Shown one piece after another: positions 30,081 through 40,121 of a stretch of DNA of 64,000 nucleotides. The notes below the pieces were generated by a model. The model did not search any database. It was given only the letters and a program-made list of their open reading frames with translations, and was not told the origin of the DNA. The number at the start of each line of letters is the position of its first letter. Within the stretch, counting starts at the first letter, position 1. Both the position numbers and the translations under genes were made by a program. This DNA is from Hydrogenothermaceae bacterium (GTDB lineage Bacteria > Aquificota > Aquificia > Aquificales > Hydrogenothermaceae), in the NCBI GenBank assembly GCA_015519975.1, contig WIAL01000039.1, positions 17,619-81,618 of the forward strand. Reading direction: 5' to 3'.

Positions 30081-32795
30081 ATGGACACTTTTATAGATAG
30101 CCCTCTCCCTCATGATGATCAGGCAGAGAGGGCTGTTTTAGGATCTATACTTATAGACCCATCAATAACTGATACAATTATAAATATACTCAAACCTGAT
30201 GATTTTTATAATATAAAAAACAAAACTCTTTATGAAGGTATCATTGATTTAGTTCAGGAAGGAAAAATTCCTGATCCTATTGTTTTAAAAAATCATCTTG
30301 AAAAAAAAGGAAAATTAAATTTAATTGGCAGTGAAAATTACATAACATTTGTAATGTCTGATGCTGCCCCTCCAAATGTAGTAGAAACAATAGCAAATCA
30401 ACTAAAAGAAAAATCTATTGCAAGAAATCTTATTCAAATTGCAAAAAATATTTTAATAAAGTCCAAAGAAATTAGAGATGTTAATGAACTGATAGAGGAA
30501 GCAGAAAACCAAATCTTTAAACTGTCAGAAGAAAAAAATATATCAGATTATTATCCACTTGGAGAAATATTAAAACAAACATTAAAAATAATTAATGAAC
30601 TTTCAAAAAAAGAAACCATAGTAACTGGGCTTCCATCAGGTTTTTATGAGCTTGATAGATTAACAACAGGTTTTCATCCTGGAGATTTGATAATTGTTGC
30701 AGCAAGACCTGCAATGGGAAAAACATCTTTCGCATTATCAATTTTACATAACGTTTCAATTAATGAACATAAACCATCTGCTTTTTTCTCGCTGGAAATG
30801 TCAAAAGAGCAAATTGCAATGAGACTATTATGTAATGAAACTAGAATACCACTTAGAAAAGTAAGATCAGGATTTTTGACAAAAGAAGAGCTTGAAAAAA
30901 TCGCTAATAAATCTATGGATATGGCATCAGCACCTATATATATAGATGATACAGCATCTTTATCTATTTTGGATTTAAGGGCAAAGGCAAGAAAACTAAA
31001 AAGAGAAAAGGATATTCAGCTCATTGTTATAGATTACCTTCAGTTGATGCGTTCTTCAAGAAGGGTTGAAAACAGACAGCAAGAAGTTGCTGAAATATCA
31101 AGGGGATTAAAAGGTTTAGCTAAAGATTTAAATATTCCAGTTATAGCCCTTGCACAGCTTTCAAGGCAGGCAGAACTTAGAAGCGATAAAAGACCACAGC
31201 TTGCAGATCTCAGAGAAAGTGGGTGTTTAACAGGTGATACACTTGTAATAGATGCAGATACAGGAAAACTTCAACCTATAGAAAAACTTATCGGTAAACA
31301 GTTTTATACATTAGCTTTAGACAAAGACTTTAAGCTTAAAAGAGCATTTGTTTCAAAAGTATTTTATAGTGGTAAGAAAAAGGTTTATTTACTAAAAACT
31401 AGAACTGGTAGAGAGATAAAAGCTTCTGCAAATCATCCATTTTTGAAATTAGACGGCTGGTATAGGTTAGACAAGTTAAAAGTTGGAGATAAGATAGCAG
31501 TTCCAAGGGTTTTAAGAACAGGCTATAAAGATAATATTTCAGATGAAGAAATAATTTTATTGGCACACCTTATCGGAGATGGCTGTATACTGCCAAGACA
31601 GCCTTATCATTACACATCTGCAGATTTGGAAAATATTAATATTGTAGCTAAAACTGCAGAAAAATTATTTAAAATTAAACCTAGAATTGTAAAACAGGAA
31701 AATTGGTATCATGTATATTTACCATCTCCATACAGATTGACAAAAGGAAAAAAACATCCAATAACTATATGGTTTGAAAAACTAGGTATAAAAAGAGTTC
31801 GCTCTTATGAAAAAGAGATTCCTAAAGTAATATTTAGTTTACCAAAAGAGAAAATTGCTTTATTGTTGAAACATATTTGGGCTACTGATAGCTCTATTTC
31901 TTATAGAAAAGAAAAAAGTAAATTTAACATATCAATTTATTATTCCACTACCAGCAAAAAACTTGCTTATCAACTGCAGCATTTACTGTTGAAATTTGGA
32001 ATTGTATCTATAGTAAAAATTACCAAAAAAGAAAATTATAGACTTTCCTACAATATACATATTACAGGAAAAACAAATCAGGAAAAATTCTTAAAAGAAA
32101 TTGGTTGTTACGGTAAAAGAGGGGAAATAATTCCAGAAATTTTACAAATTTTACAAAATACTAAAGGAAATCCAAATTTAGATGTTATTCCGAAGGAAAT
32201 CTGGAATTTATATATAAAACAATTAATGAATATATCACAGAGACAATTTGCAGAAGCTTTAGGTATATCTTACTGTGGTAGTACATTATTTAAATATAAT
32301 GTTTCAAGAGAAAAACTACATAAAATTGCAAATATTTTAAATGCGAAATTACTTTATGATTTAGCAAGCTCCGATATTTTATGGGATGAGATAGTGGAAA
32401 TAAAAGAGCTAGGCGTAGAAGATGTTTATGATATGACCGTGGAAAATTATCATAATTTTGTTGCTAATGATTTTATAGTTCACAACAGTATCGAGCAAGA
32501 TGCAGATATGGTAATGTTTATCCATCGTCCAGAATACTATAAAAAGAATCCAACGCCTGAAGAAGAAGGTATTGCAGAGATTATTATTGCAAAACAGAGA
32601 AATGGACCTACAGGCACGGTAAAACTTGCATTTATTAAAGAAATTACACGATTTGAGAATCTTGCAAAAGACTACTTCCAAAGTCTAGACAATGAACCAC
32701 AAGATAAAAAAGAAACAGTAGAAAACACATTTACTGACATAGTAGAGGAAGAACTGCCTTTTGAATTAAAAGAAGATGATATAGCGGATATATAA
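30081..32795 (+). CDS. dnaB: replicative DNA helicase DnaB containing a 421-aa intein
   Basis: DnaB N-domain, Walker A (AARPAMGKTS), H4 motif split as LADLRESG | intein | SIEQDADMVMF. Extein total 483 aa. Confidence 0.9.
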   Translation: MDTFIDSPLPHDDQAERAVLGSILIDPSITDTIINILKPDDFYNIKNKTLYEGIIDLVQEGKIPDPIVLKNHLEKKGKLNLIGSENYITFVMSDAAPPNVVETIANQLKEKSIARNLIQIAKNILIKSKEIRDVNELIEEAENQIFKLSEEKNISDYYPLGEILKQTLKIINELSKKETIVTGLPSGFYELDRLTTGFHPGDLIIVAARPAMGKTSFALSILHNVSINEHKPSAFFSLEMSKEQIAMRLLCNETRIPLRKVRSGFLTKEELEKIANKSMDMASAPIYIDDTASLSILDLRAKARKLKREKDIQLIVIDYLQLMRSSRRVENRQQEVAEISRGLKGLAKDLNIPVIALAQLSRQAELRSDKRPQLADLRESGCLTGDTLVIDADTGKLQPIEKLIGKQFYTLALDKDFKLKRAFVSKVFYSGKKKVYLLKTRTGREIKASANHPFLKLDGWYRLDKLKVGDKIAVPRVLRTGYKDNISDEEIILLAHLIGDGCILPRQPYHYTSADLENINIVAKTAEKLFKIKPRIVKQENWYHVYLPSPYRLTKGKKHPITIWFEKLGIKRVRSYEKEIPKVIFSLPKEKIALLLKHIWATDSSISYRKEKSKFNISIYYSTTSKKLAYQLQHLLLKFGIVSIVKITKKENYRLSYNIHITGKTNQEKFLKEIGCYGKRGEIIPEILQILQNTKGNPNLDVIPKEIWNLYIKQLMNISQRQFAEALGISYCGSTLFKYNVSREKLHKIANILNAKLLYDLASSDILWDEIVEIKELGVEDVYDMTVENYHNFVANDFIVHNSIEQDADMVMFIHRPEYYKKNPTPEEEGIAEIIIAKQRNGPTGTVKLAFIKEITRFENLAKDYFQSLDNEPQDKKETVENTFTDIVEEELPFELKEDDIADI
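31224..32486 (+). other. DnaB intein with LAGLIDADG homing-endonuclease domain
   Basis: Begins CLTGDTLVIDADTG, ends DFIVHN with +1 Ser. Internal LLAHLIGDGC and LLKHIWATDSSI LAGLIDADG-like blocks. Same insertion site and strong similarity to the Ssp DnaB intein. Confidence 0.85.
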
Positions 32796-32796
32796 G

Positions 32797-33543
32797 ATGA
32801 AAATATTCATACAACTTTTAGAACATATAGGTAGTATGACACTTCTTTTTTTTGAAACATTAAAGTTTATTTTTATTAAACCTCCAAAAATAAAACATAT
32901 ATTAAAACAAATAGCTACAATAGGTGCCGATGCTGCTCCTCTTATTATAATTACAGGATTTTTTACAGGGGGTGTACTTGTAGTTGAGACATACCCAACA
33001 TTTCATAAATTTAACGCTGAATTTTTAATAGGGGCTTTAGTTTCATTATCCTTATCCAGAGAACTTGCTCCTGTACTTGTTGCTCTTCTTGTTACGGCAA
33101 GATCTGGTTCTGCAATGGCAGCTAATATAGGCACAATGAGAATTACAGAACAGATAGATGCCCTTGAAGTTTTAGCTGTAAATCCTGTTAGATACTTAAT
33201 TGCTCCCAGAATTATAGCTTCAATAATAGTTGTCCCATCTTTAACAATTTTATCAATAGCTTCAGGTATAGCCGGTGGATATTTCGTTGCTACCGAGCTG
33301 TACGGTGTAAACTCTTTTATGTTTATTGAAAAAATGAAAGATCTCACTGAGTTTTACGATATACTTGGAGGGATATACAAATCTATAGCTTTTGGTGTTC
33401 TTTTGACAATTATTTCTTGCTATTTTGGCTATGTTGCAAAAGGAGGAGCAGAAGGAGTAGGAAAAGCAACAACAACAGCTGTTGTTACATCTTCGGTTTT
33501 AATATTAATAGTAGATTATTTCTTAACAGCTTTGATATACTAA
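32797..33543 (+). CDS. mlaE: MlaE/YrbE-family ABC transporter permease
   Basis: ITEQIDALEVLAVNP motif conserved in MlaE permeases. Confidence 0.75.
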   Translation: MKIFIQLLEHIGSMTLLFFETLKFIFIKPPKIKHILKQIATIGADAAPLIIITGFFTGGVLVVETYPTFHKFNAEFLIGALVSLSLSRELAPVLVALLVTARSGSAMAANIGTMRITEQIDALEVLAVNPVRYLIAPRIIASIIVVPSLTILSIASGIAGGYFVATELYGVNSFMFIEKMKDLTEFYDILGGIYKSIAFGVLLTIISCYFGYVAKGGAEGVGKATTTAVVTSSVLILIVDYFLTALIY

Positions 33544-33569
33544 TACAAAACTTTAGGAGGTATGGCAGA

Positions 33570-33860
33570 ATGAAAAAAGTTTTAGCAGTTGCAGGATTAA
33601 GTTTATCTCTTGCAGTTTCAAGTATGGCAATTACAAAATCACAGGCTGAGAAAAAAATTCAAGACTACATTGGTGGGTCAAATCACGTTTCGAAAATAGT
33701 AGTATGTGAAACTAAAAAATATTTTGTAGGTGAAGCTTTACTTGAAGGTTATGAAAACCTTCCAAATACTGTGAGAAAAGTTTATGTAAATAAAAAAGAC
33801 GGTACTATCCTTCCAACAATGTCTGAGCATTCAGATTACTGTTACATGCTTAAAAAATAA
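33570..33860 (+). CDS. small secreted protein, hypothetical
   Basis: ATG 9 nt after a TAGGAGGT RBS. Signal peptide MKKVLAVAGLSLSLAVSSMA. The ORF track places this inside a longer overlapping frame. Confidence 0.5.
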   Translation: MKKVLAVAGLSLSLAVSSMAITKSQAEKKIQDYIGGSNHVSKIVVCETKKYFVGEALLEGYENLPNTVRKVYVNKKDGTILPTMSEHSDYCYMLKK

Positions 33861-34840
33861 TGACTAAAAGAATTGCTGTATTAACAAGTGGGGGCGATGC
33901 CCCCGGTTTAAATGCTGCTATAAGGGCTGTTGTTAGAGCTGGTAACTATTATGGGTACGAAGTTATTGGTGTAAGAAGAGGATATAAAGGGTTAATAGAA
34001 AAAGAATTTGAGCCTTTAGATGCAAGGAAAGTATCAGGTTTTTTAAACAGAGGCGGAACTTTTTTACTTACTGCGCGGGAAAAAAGGTTTTACGAAAAAG
34101 AATATAGAAAAAAAGCAGTTGAAAACCTAAAATCTGAAAATATTGAAGCACTTTTCGTAATTGGCGGAAACGGCAGTTTTCAGGCTGCAAATCTTTTAGT
34201 TAAAGAGTTTGGATTTCCTATTATTGGAATACCTAAAACAATTGACAACGATACATATGGTACTGATTATACAATAGGTTTTGATACAGCAGTTAACACA
34301 GCAGTTGAAGCTGTAGAAAAAATAAAAGACACATCTATGTCTCACGAAAGGGTCTTTATTGTAGAAGTAATGGGAAGAAAAAGTGGATTTATAGCCCTTG
34401 CCACAGGAATATCAACAGGTGCAGATGTTATATTAATTCCAGAGTACCCTTTTCCACTACATGTAATAATCGATACTATAGTGGAAGGAAGGAAAAGAGG
34501 TAAAAACTTTTTTATTATTATACTTGCAGAAGGTGTAGCAAAAGCACAAGAACTTGCTCCTGTTGTTGAAAAAGAGCTTTCTAAGCATGGAGATTTTGGA
34601 GAAATAAGATACTCGGTACTTGGATATATACAAAGGGGTGGTTCACCAACAGCATATGACAGAATAACTGCGTCAAAATTTGGTGTTTTTGCAGTTGAGC
34701 ATTATATAAACGGCAATATAAATTTTATGGTAGCACTTGAAAATGGAAAAATTATAGCAAAGCCTTTGTCAGTTTCATTTAATAAAGTTAAAAAACCAGA
34801 TTTAAAAGAGTTCGAAATAGCAAATATTCTTTCAACTTGA
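33860..34840 (+). CDS. pfkA: ATP-dependent 6-phosphofructokinase
   Basis: LTSGGDAPGLNAAIR and IGGNGS motifs. Confidence 0.9.
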   Translation: MTKRIAVLTSGGDAPGLNAAIRAVVRAGNYYGYEVIGVRRGYKGLIEKEFEPLDARKVSGFLNRGGTFLLTAREKRFYEKEYRKKAVENLKSENIEALFVIGGNGSFQAANLLVKEFGFPIIGIPKTIDNDTYGTDYTIGFDTAVNTAVEAVEKIKDTSMSHERVFIVEVMGRKSGFIALATGISTGADVILIPEYPFPLHVIIDTIVEGRKRGKNFFIIILAEGVAKAQELAPVVEKELSKHGDFGEIRYSVLGYIQRGGSPTAYDRITASKFGVFAVEHYINGNINFMVALENGKIIAKPLSVSFNKVKKPDLKEFEIANILST

Positions 34841-34873
34841 AATAATAAAAATAAGGATTAATATTTTTTAACT

Positions 34874-35161
34874 ATGGAAATAACCGAAGTAAAAATATAT
34901 CCATTTGATACAGGAAGTTTAGGCGGTAGAGTAAGAGCTGTTGCGGACATTGTTATTGATGATGTTCTTCTTATTAAGGGTATAAAAATTGTAGAGTCAA
35001 AACACGGCGGTCTTTTTATATCTTTTCCTAAGAAAAGCACTTCTTCAAACAAATTTGTCGATATTGTAAAACCTTTAAATAATGAATTTAATGAAAAAGT
35101 AAGAAGGGCTGTAATAGATAAATATAAAGAAGTTATGAATATACCTGTTGGAGGAAATTAG
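34874..35161 (+). CDS. spoVG: septation protein SpoVG
   Basis: MEITEVKIYP...VADIVIDDVLLIKGIKIVESKHGGLFISFP is the SpoVG signature. Confidence 0.85.
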   Translation: MEITEVKIYPFDTGSLGGRVRAVADIVIDDVLLIKGIKIVESKHGGLFISFPKKSTSSNKFVDIVKPLNNEFNEKVRRAVIDKYKEVMNIPVGGN

Positions 35162-36714
35162 TGGAAATATTAAAAAAAATATTTAAAGGACTAACAGGGG
35201 TTAAAGCAGGAGTTGTATATTTAATAATCCTTGCACTTTTAACTGTACTAGGTTCAACATATATAAAGCAAGGCGCAACATACATTGAGTACGTAAAAAG
35301 TTTTGGTGATTTTTGGGCTAAAGTTATATGGAAGCTGTGGCTTAATAATGTATTTCATTCTTGGTATTACCAATTTTTAATATTTATGGTTGCAGTTTCT
35401 GTTATTATCGCAACTATTGATAGATTTCCTAAAATTTATATGCAGGCTTATGGACGCATACATAAAAAGCTAAATGAAAAAGATCTAAAATCCAGAAATA
35501 AACTTGAATTTGAACTTCCTTTTTCTTTAAAAAAAGCTTTTGAAAAAGTTATTTATCTACTTCATAGACTTGGATTTAAAAGAATAGAAAAAATAGAAGA
35601 AAATGATAAGGAAATTTATCTTTTTGCAGAGAAAGGTAAAATATCAAGATGGGGAATGCTTGTTACCCATATAGGAATAATTGTGTTTCTTGTTGGAGCA
35701 TTTATGGGTGCACAGTTTGGTACAAGAGGGCAAATAGAAATCCCAGAAGGTGAAAGCAGAGATTTCTTTTTCAAATTTAGAGAAGGTTCACTTCAAGCAA
35801 GTAATCAAGTAGAACAACTACCTTTTAGTATTAAAGTTAATAGATTCTGGCTTGATTTTTATGATAGTGAAAAGTTTAAAGGTTCTATAAAATCATTCAA
35901 TAGTGAAATTGAAATATATCAAAATGGAAAACTTATGAAAAAAGCTGTAGTACAGGTTAATAACCCTACTGATTATGGAGGATACAGAATATTTCAGGCT
36001 TCTTATGGAAAAACCGGTGATATTAAGTTTGCAAAAATCATCGTAGTAGATTATGAAAAAATGCTTGATTTAATAAAGAAAATAAATGAAGTTCAAAATA
36101 AGCTTCAAAATGCAAAAGACCCGAAAGAAAAAGAAAAGCTCCAAAAAATAATGAAAGATTTAGAAGCAAAATCTGTAGTTTTATTTTCCTCAGCAAAAAG
36201 AATCAAATATTTTTATGGAATGCCTTACATAGAGGTTAACGGCGAAAAACTCAAAGTAATAAATCAAACTTTAAATTACAAAAATCCAATGCTTGTGAAT
36301 CAAGATGTTTACGACCCTGTAATTGTAGTTCAGGTAGTAAGAAATGGAAAAACATTTAATTTACCGATACTTGCAGATCCAAATATTGCTATTCCAGCTT
36401 TTACTAAATTTGGCTATGAAAAAGGATATAAATATCTTTTAATGATTGAAGAATTTAAACCAAGATATTTTTCAGGACTTCAAATTACAAAAATGCCCGG
36501 AACAAATCTTATTTGGATAGGGACAGCAATTGTAGTATTTGGAATAATGCTTGCATTTTATACAGTACATAGAAGGGTTTGGGTTAAACTGGAAAAAATT
36601 GATGAGGATAAAACTAAACTTTACATAGTTGTATTTTCACAAAAATTCTTAGAATCATTTAAAGAAAATGTACGGGAAAAAGTAGAAGAGATTGTATCGG
36701 AAAATAGGGCCTGA
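35161..36714 (+). CDS. resB: cytochrome c biogenesis protein ResB/Ccs1
   Basis: ResB topology: N-terminal TM helices, large periplasmic domain, C-terminal TM helix. GTG start. Confidence 0.7.
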   Translation: MEILKKIFKGLTGVKAGVVYLIILALLTVLGSTYIKQGATYIEYVKSFGDFWAKVIWKLWLNNVFHSWYYQFLIFMVAVSVIIATIDRFPKIYMQAYGRIHKKLNEKDLKSRNKLEFELPFSLKKAFEKVIYLLHRLGFKRIEKIEENDKEIYLFAEKGKISRWGMLVTHIGIIVFLVGAFMGAQFGTRGQIEIPEGESRDFFFKFREGSLQASNQVEQLPFSIKVNRFWLDFYDSEKFKGSIKSFNSEIEIYQNGKLMKKAVVQVNNPTDYGGYRIFQASYGKTGDIKFAKIIVVDYEKMLDLIKKINEVQNKLQNAKDPKEKEKLQKIMKDLEAKSVVLFSSAKRIKYFYGMPYIEVNGEKLKVINQTLNYKNPMLVNQDVYDPVIVVQVVRNGKTFNLPILADPNIAIPAFTKFGYEKGYKYLLMIEEFKPRYFSGLQITKMPGTNLIWIGTAIVVFGIMLAFYTVHRRVWVKLEKIDEDKTKLYIVVFSQKFLESFKENVREKVEEIVSENRA

Positions 36715-37185
36715 TTACTTATCAAGCCCTTCTTCTTTAACGTCCTCTTCAAGTTCTTCATCATAAGGAATTAAGCTTCTTTCTAAATATTCTTCATAAA
36801 TTCTATCGGGAGTTACTTTATACTTTTCAGCTTCTTTTGCGTGCTCTATGCAAAGAGTTGTCCAAGGTATAGCTTCAAGTCTTTTTTCTTCAATAGGTTT
36901 ACCGCAAACTTCACAATACCCATAAGTTCCTTCTTTAATTCTTTCTAATGCTTTATCTATTTCTCTTAATATTTCAACTTCAACATTTTCAAGTTCATCA
37001 AGGAGTATTTCTGTATAATCCATTCTTGCATAGTCATCTAGTTCCTCAGGAATAGTAAGTGATTCATCTGTATAAGATTTCATAACATTTTCTTTAGCAA
37101 GAACCCTATCTATTATTTTTTTCTTTTCTTCTAATAAAAGCTTTCTAAACTTTTCAAGTTTTTCTTTATCCATTGTATCCTCCAT
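36715..37185 (-). CDS. DksA/TraR-family C4-type zinc-finger protein
   Basis: CEVCGKPIEEKRLEAIPWTTLCIEH zinc finger plus a coiled-coil N-terminus. Confidence 0.7.
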   Translation of the reverse strand: MEDTMDKEKLEKFRKLLLEEKKKIIDRVLAKENVMKSYTDESLTIPEELDDYARMDYTEILLDELENVEVEILREIDKALERIKEGTYGYCEVCGKPIEEKRLEAIPWTTLCIEHAKEAEKYKVTPDRIYEEYLERSLIPYDEELEEDVKEEGLDK

Positions 37186-37218
37186 ATGTATTTTATAATT
37201 TCTTAATAATATGATATC

Positions 37219-37992
37219 TTAAAGTTCAAATGCAAGAAAATTGTTATTATCGAGCTCTTCCAATCCTTTGTAATCTGTTAAATCCAGTTTTATAGGTGTT
37301 ATTGAAACAAATCCTTCTTTAACAGCTGTATAATCTGTCCCTTTTTCACACTCTTCACCTAAAGCCTCTTCTCCTCCTATCCAGTAATATTTTTCTTTGG
37401 AAGGTGATATATATTCTTTAATTTCTTCTTTATAAGCTCCTCTTCCTTGACGGGTTAATTGAAAACCTTTTATTTCTTTATTTACTGGAAAATTAACATT
37501 TAAGAAAGTACCTTTAGGAAGACCTTTATGAAGAACTTGATTTATTATTTTTAATGATAAATTAGCTAATTTTTGAAAATCTACATTTTTTGATGATGCA
37601 GGAGATAAAGCCACTGAAGGAATGCCAAATAAAGTCCCTTCCCTTGCTGCTCCTACCGTTCCTGAATAAAAAATATCATTTCCAAGATTTGGTCCCATGT
37701 TTATTCCTGACACTAAAATATCTGGCTTTTGTTCTTTCATTATGATGTAGTAACCTAAATGAACGCAATCAGCAGGTGTACCGTCAACTACATAGTAAAA
37801 ATTTTCTTTGTATTTTTCAATTTTTAAAGGTCTTGTAAATGTAAGAGAGTGGGATGTGCCTGACATGTTTCTATCAGGTGCTACTGTAACAACTTCAAAA
37901 CCGTTTTTTAAAAGTACATTTCGTATGGTGTTTAATCCTTCTGATAAATAGCCATCATCATTTACAAGTAAAACTTTGTATTTATTCATCAA
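37219..37992 (-). CDS. surE: 5'/3'-nucleotidase SurE
   Basis: [10 protein letters not shown]-terminal motif. Confidence 0.85.
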   Translation of the reverse strand: MMNKYKVLLVNDDGYLSEGLNTIRNVLLKNGFEVVTVAPDRNMSGTSHSLTFTRPLKIEKYKENFYYVVDGTPADCVHLGYYIIMKEQKPDILVSGINMGPNLGNDIFYSGTVGAAREGTLFGIPSVALSPASSKNVDFQKLANLSLKIINQVLHKGLPKGTFLNVNFPVNKEIKGFQLTRQGRGAYKEEIKEYISPSKEKYYWIGGEEALGEECEKGTDYTAVKEGFVSITPIKLDLTDYKGLEELDNNNFLAFEL

Positions 37993-38678
37993 ATCAGCTC
38001 CTCTGATGCAAAACTGAAATATCCTTTTTCACATATTATTAAATGATCTAAAATTTCAAATCCCATTTCTAATGATAGTTTTTTCATATTTTCCGTAAAT
38101 TCTATATCTTCCTTGCTCGGCTCACAGCTTCCTTCTGGATGATTATGAACTAGTATTATGCCGTAAGCATTATATTTTATGGCGTGGTAAAAAATGTCCC
38201 TTGGTTTTGCGTTTAAAACATTTAAGGAACCTATAGCAATTGTTTCCTTACCAAGTAACTGGTTTAATGTATTTGTATAAATAGCTAAAAGTTTTTCCTG
38301 TTTTTCTTTTTTTAAATCTTTTACAAGCTGAAAAACATCAGAAGGTGATGAAAGTGTTATCTTTTTATAATCATTATTTATTCTTTTTGAAAGTTCTATA
38401 ACTGCAAGTATTTGAAGTGCTTTTGTTTTTCCTATGCCTTTTATTTTTATAAGATCTTCAAGTTTTATATTTTTTAAGTTTTCTATCCCAAATTTTTTAA
38501 TTATAAGGTCCGAAAGACCAATTACATTCATTCCTTTTGTTCCGCTTCCAAGAGCTATAGCAAGAAGTTCACTTTCAGATAGAGAATCTATACCGTACTT
38601 TAAAGCTTTTTCACGGGGGAGAAGATCCTCCGGAAGATCTTTTAATTTCTTTTTATAAATATATTTTTCAAACTTCAT
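37989..38678 (-). CDS. radC: RadC-family JAB/MPN domain protein
   Basis: [18 protein letters not shown] motif plus an N-terminal HhH domain. Confidence 0.85.
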   Translation of the reverse strand: MKFEKYIYKKKLKDLPEDLLPREKALKYGIDSLSESELLAIALGSGTKGMNVIGLSDLIIKKFGIENLKNIKLEDLIKIKGIGKTKALQILAVIELSKRINNDYKKITLSSPSDVFQLVKDLKKEKQEKLLAIYTNTLNQLLGKETIAIGSLNVLNAKPRDIFYHAIKYNAYGIILVHNHPEGSCEPSKEDIEFTENMKKLSLEMGFEILDHLIICEKGYFSFASEELI

Positions 38679-38680
38679 AT

Positions 38681-38702
38681 TATAAAAAGGGCGTTAAGCC
38701 CT
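38681..38702 (-). terminator. rho-independent terminator after the zinc-ribbon/SPFH operon
   Basis: AGGGC-GTTAA-GCCCT hairpin followed on the minus strand by a T-run. Confidence 0.55.
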
Positions 38703-38706
38703 AAAT

Positions 38707-39201
38707 TTAATCTCTTTTCCAATGAACTCTTGCGTATTTCCATCCTTCTGGGTACTGAATATTTAAATCACCTTTGTAAGCTTTATGTACAGCTTCTCCT
38801 ATTCTTCTTGCAAGATGTTCATATGTAGTTGTTATAACTAACTTTCCATCTTCTTCTTTTATTTCTATTATTCTTTCTAATGGTCTGTAAGCCATTTCAT
38901 CTTCTTCAACATTTTTTATAAGATTTAAAATTTCATCTTTATGTTTTTGTAAAAACTCCCCTTCTAAATAAACAATTCCACCTTCGTATTTATCTTCAAT
39001 TCTACGGCATGCTGGGCATATCATTTCGGCAGCACCGGCAGGTACTTCTTTCATCCATTGAAATACTCCTTCATGAAACACAACACCGCATTTTTTACAT
39101 ACAGAAGGATCTGGGTATTTTTCCTTTGTAAAGTACGGGTCATGAATATACTCTTTAATTAATCTGTCTTTTCTTGGGCTATTTGGCATAGCGTCCTCCA
39201 T
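38707..39201 (-). CDS. hypothetical zinc-ribbon protein (two CxxC pairs)
   Basis: CKKCG...CPACRR motif. 23 nt downstream of the SPFH gene. Confidence 0.45.
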   Translation of the reverse strand: MEDAMPNSPRKDRLIKEYIHDPYFTKEKYPDPSVCKKCGVVFHEGVFQWMKEVPAGAAEMICPACRRIEDKYEGGIVYLEGEFLQKHKDEILNLIKNVEEDEMAYRPLERIIEIKEEDGKLVITTTYEHLARRIGEAVHKAYKGDLNIQYPEGWKYARVHWKRD

Positions 39202-39224
39202 TTATATTTGTTTTTAATATTTAA

Positions 39225-39965
39225 TCATTTATTTTTAAAAATTTCCATTATTTCTGTAGGAAACGGAAATACTATAGTCTTTGCATTTTGATTACCAATT
39301 GTAGTCAAGGTTTCAAGGTATCTAAGCTGTATAGACACAGGGTTTTTAGATAAAAGCTGTGCAGCCTGGACTAATTTTTCAGCAGCCTGATATTCACCTT
39401 CAGCAGCTATTACTTTTGCCCTTCTTTCTCTTTCTGCTTCAGCCTGCCTTGCCATTGCTTTAACGAGATTGTCTGGAAGGTCAATTCTTTTAAGTTCTAC
39501 AGCTGTAACTTTTACACCCCATGCATCAGTTTCTTTATCTATAACTTCTTGAAGTTTCATATTTATCTCTTCTCTTTTTGATAAAAGACCATCAAGTTCT
39601 TCCTGTCCACATATACTTCTAAGTGTTGTTTGGGAAATCTGAGAGGTTGCATACATATAATCTTCCACATTTACTATGGCTTTAACAGGGTCTACTACTC
39701 TAAAATAAACTACAGCATCGACTTTAACAGATACGTTATCTTTTGTTATAACGTCCTGAGTCGGAACATCTAAAGTAACTACTCTAAGTGAAACTTTTAC
39801 CATTTTATCAATGAAAGGAATTAAAATTATGAGCCCGGGACCTTTTGCGCCTATTACTCTACCAAGACGAAATACAACTGCCCTTTCATATTCATTGAGT
39901 ATTTTAATTGCAGATGATAGAAAAATTATTATAAGAACTGCAATAACAATAGTTGAAATCGTCAT
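39225..39965 (-). CDS. SPFH/band-7 (stomatin-like) membrane protein
   Basis: N-terminal TM helix, SPFH core, AEGE..A coiled-coil region ([18 protein letters not shown]). Confidence 0.8.
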   Translation of the reverse strand: MTISTIVIAVLIIIFLSSAIKILNEYERAVVFRLGRVIGAKGPGLIILIPFIDKMVKVSLRVVTLDVPTQDVITKDNVSVKVDAVVYFRVVDPVKAIVNVEDYMYATSQISQTTLRSICGQEELDGLLSKREEINMKLQEVIDKETDAWGVKVTAVELKRIDLPDNLVKAMARQAEAERERRAKVIAAEGEYQAAEKLVQAAQLLSKNPVSIQLRYLETLTTIGNQNAKTIVFPFPTEIMEIFKNK

Positions 39966-39970
39966 AATGC

Positions 39971-40111
39971 TTACTCCCTCTCTAACTCTCTAAAAGCTTT
40001 TTCAGATTGATATAACTGTTCTTGCTTGTTGATCTCTTTTTTAATCTCTTGATGTGTTGAACAGGATACAAAAACAAAAGCCAAAGTTAAAAAACTAATT
40101 AAAATTTTCAT
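39971..40111 (-). CDS. 46-aa putative lipoprotein between the two SPFH genes
   Basis: [17 protein letters not shown] lipobox-like signal. Stop is 5 nt before the downstream SPFH start. Too short to appear in the ORF track. Confidence 0.35.
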   Translation of the reverse strand: MKILISFLTLAFVFVSCSTHQEIKKEINKQEQLYQSEKAFRELERE

Positions 40112-40121
40112 TTTAAACACC

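Noticed and set aside
33417-33569. 5' part of the 147-aa ORF overlapping the mlaE end.
   Set aside because: Overlaps mlaE in another frame. A strong RBS plus ATG at 33570 gives a clean signal-peptide protein, so the upstream part is read-through.
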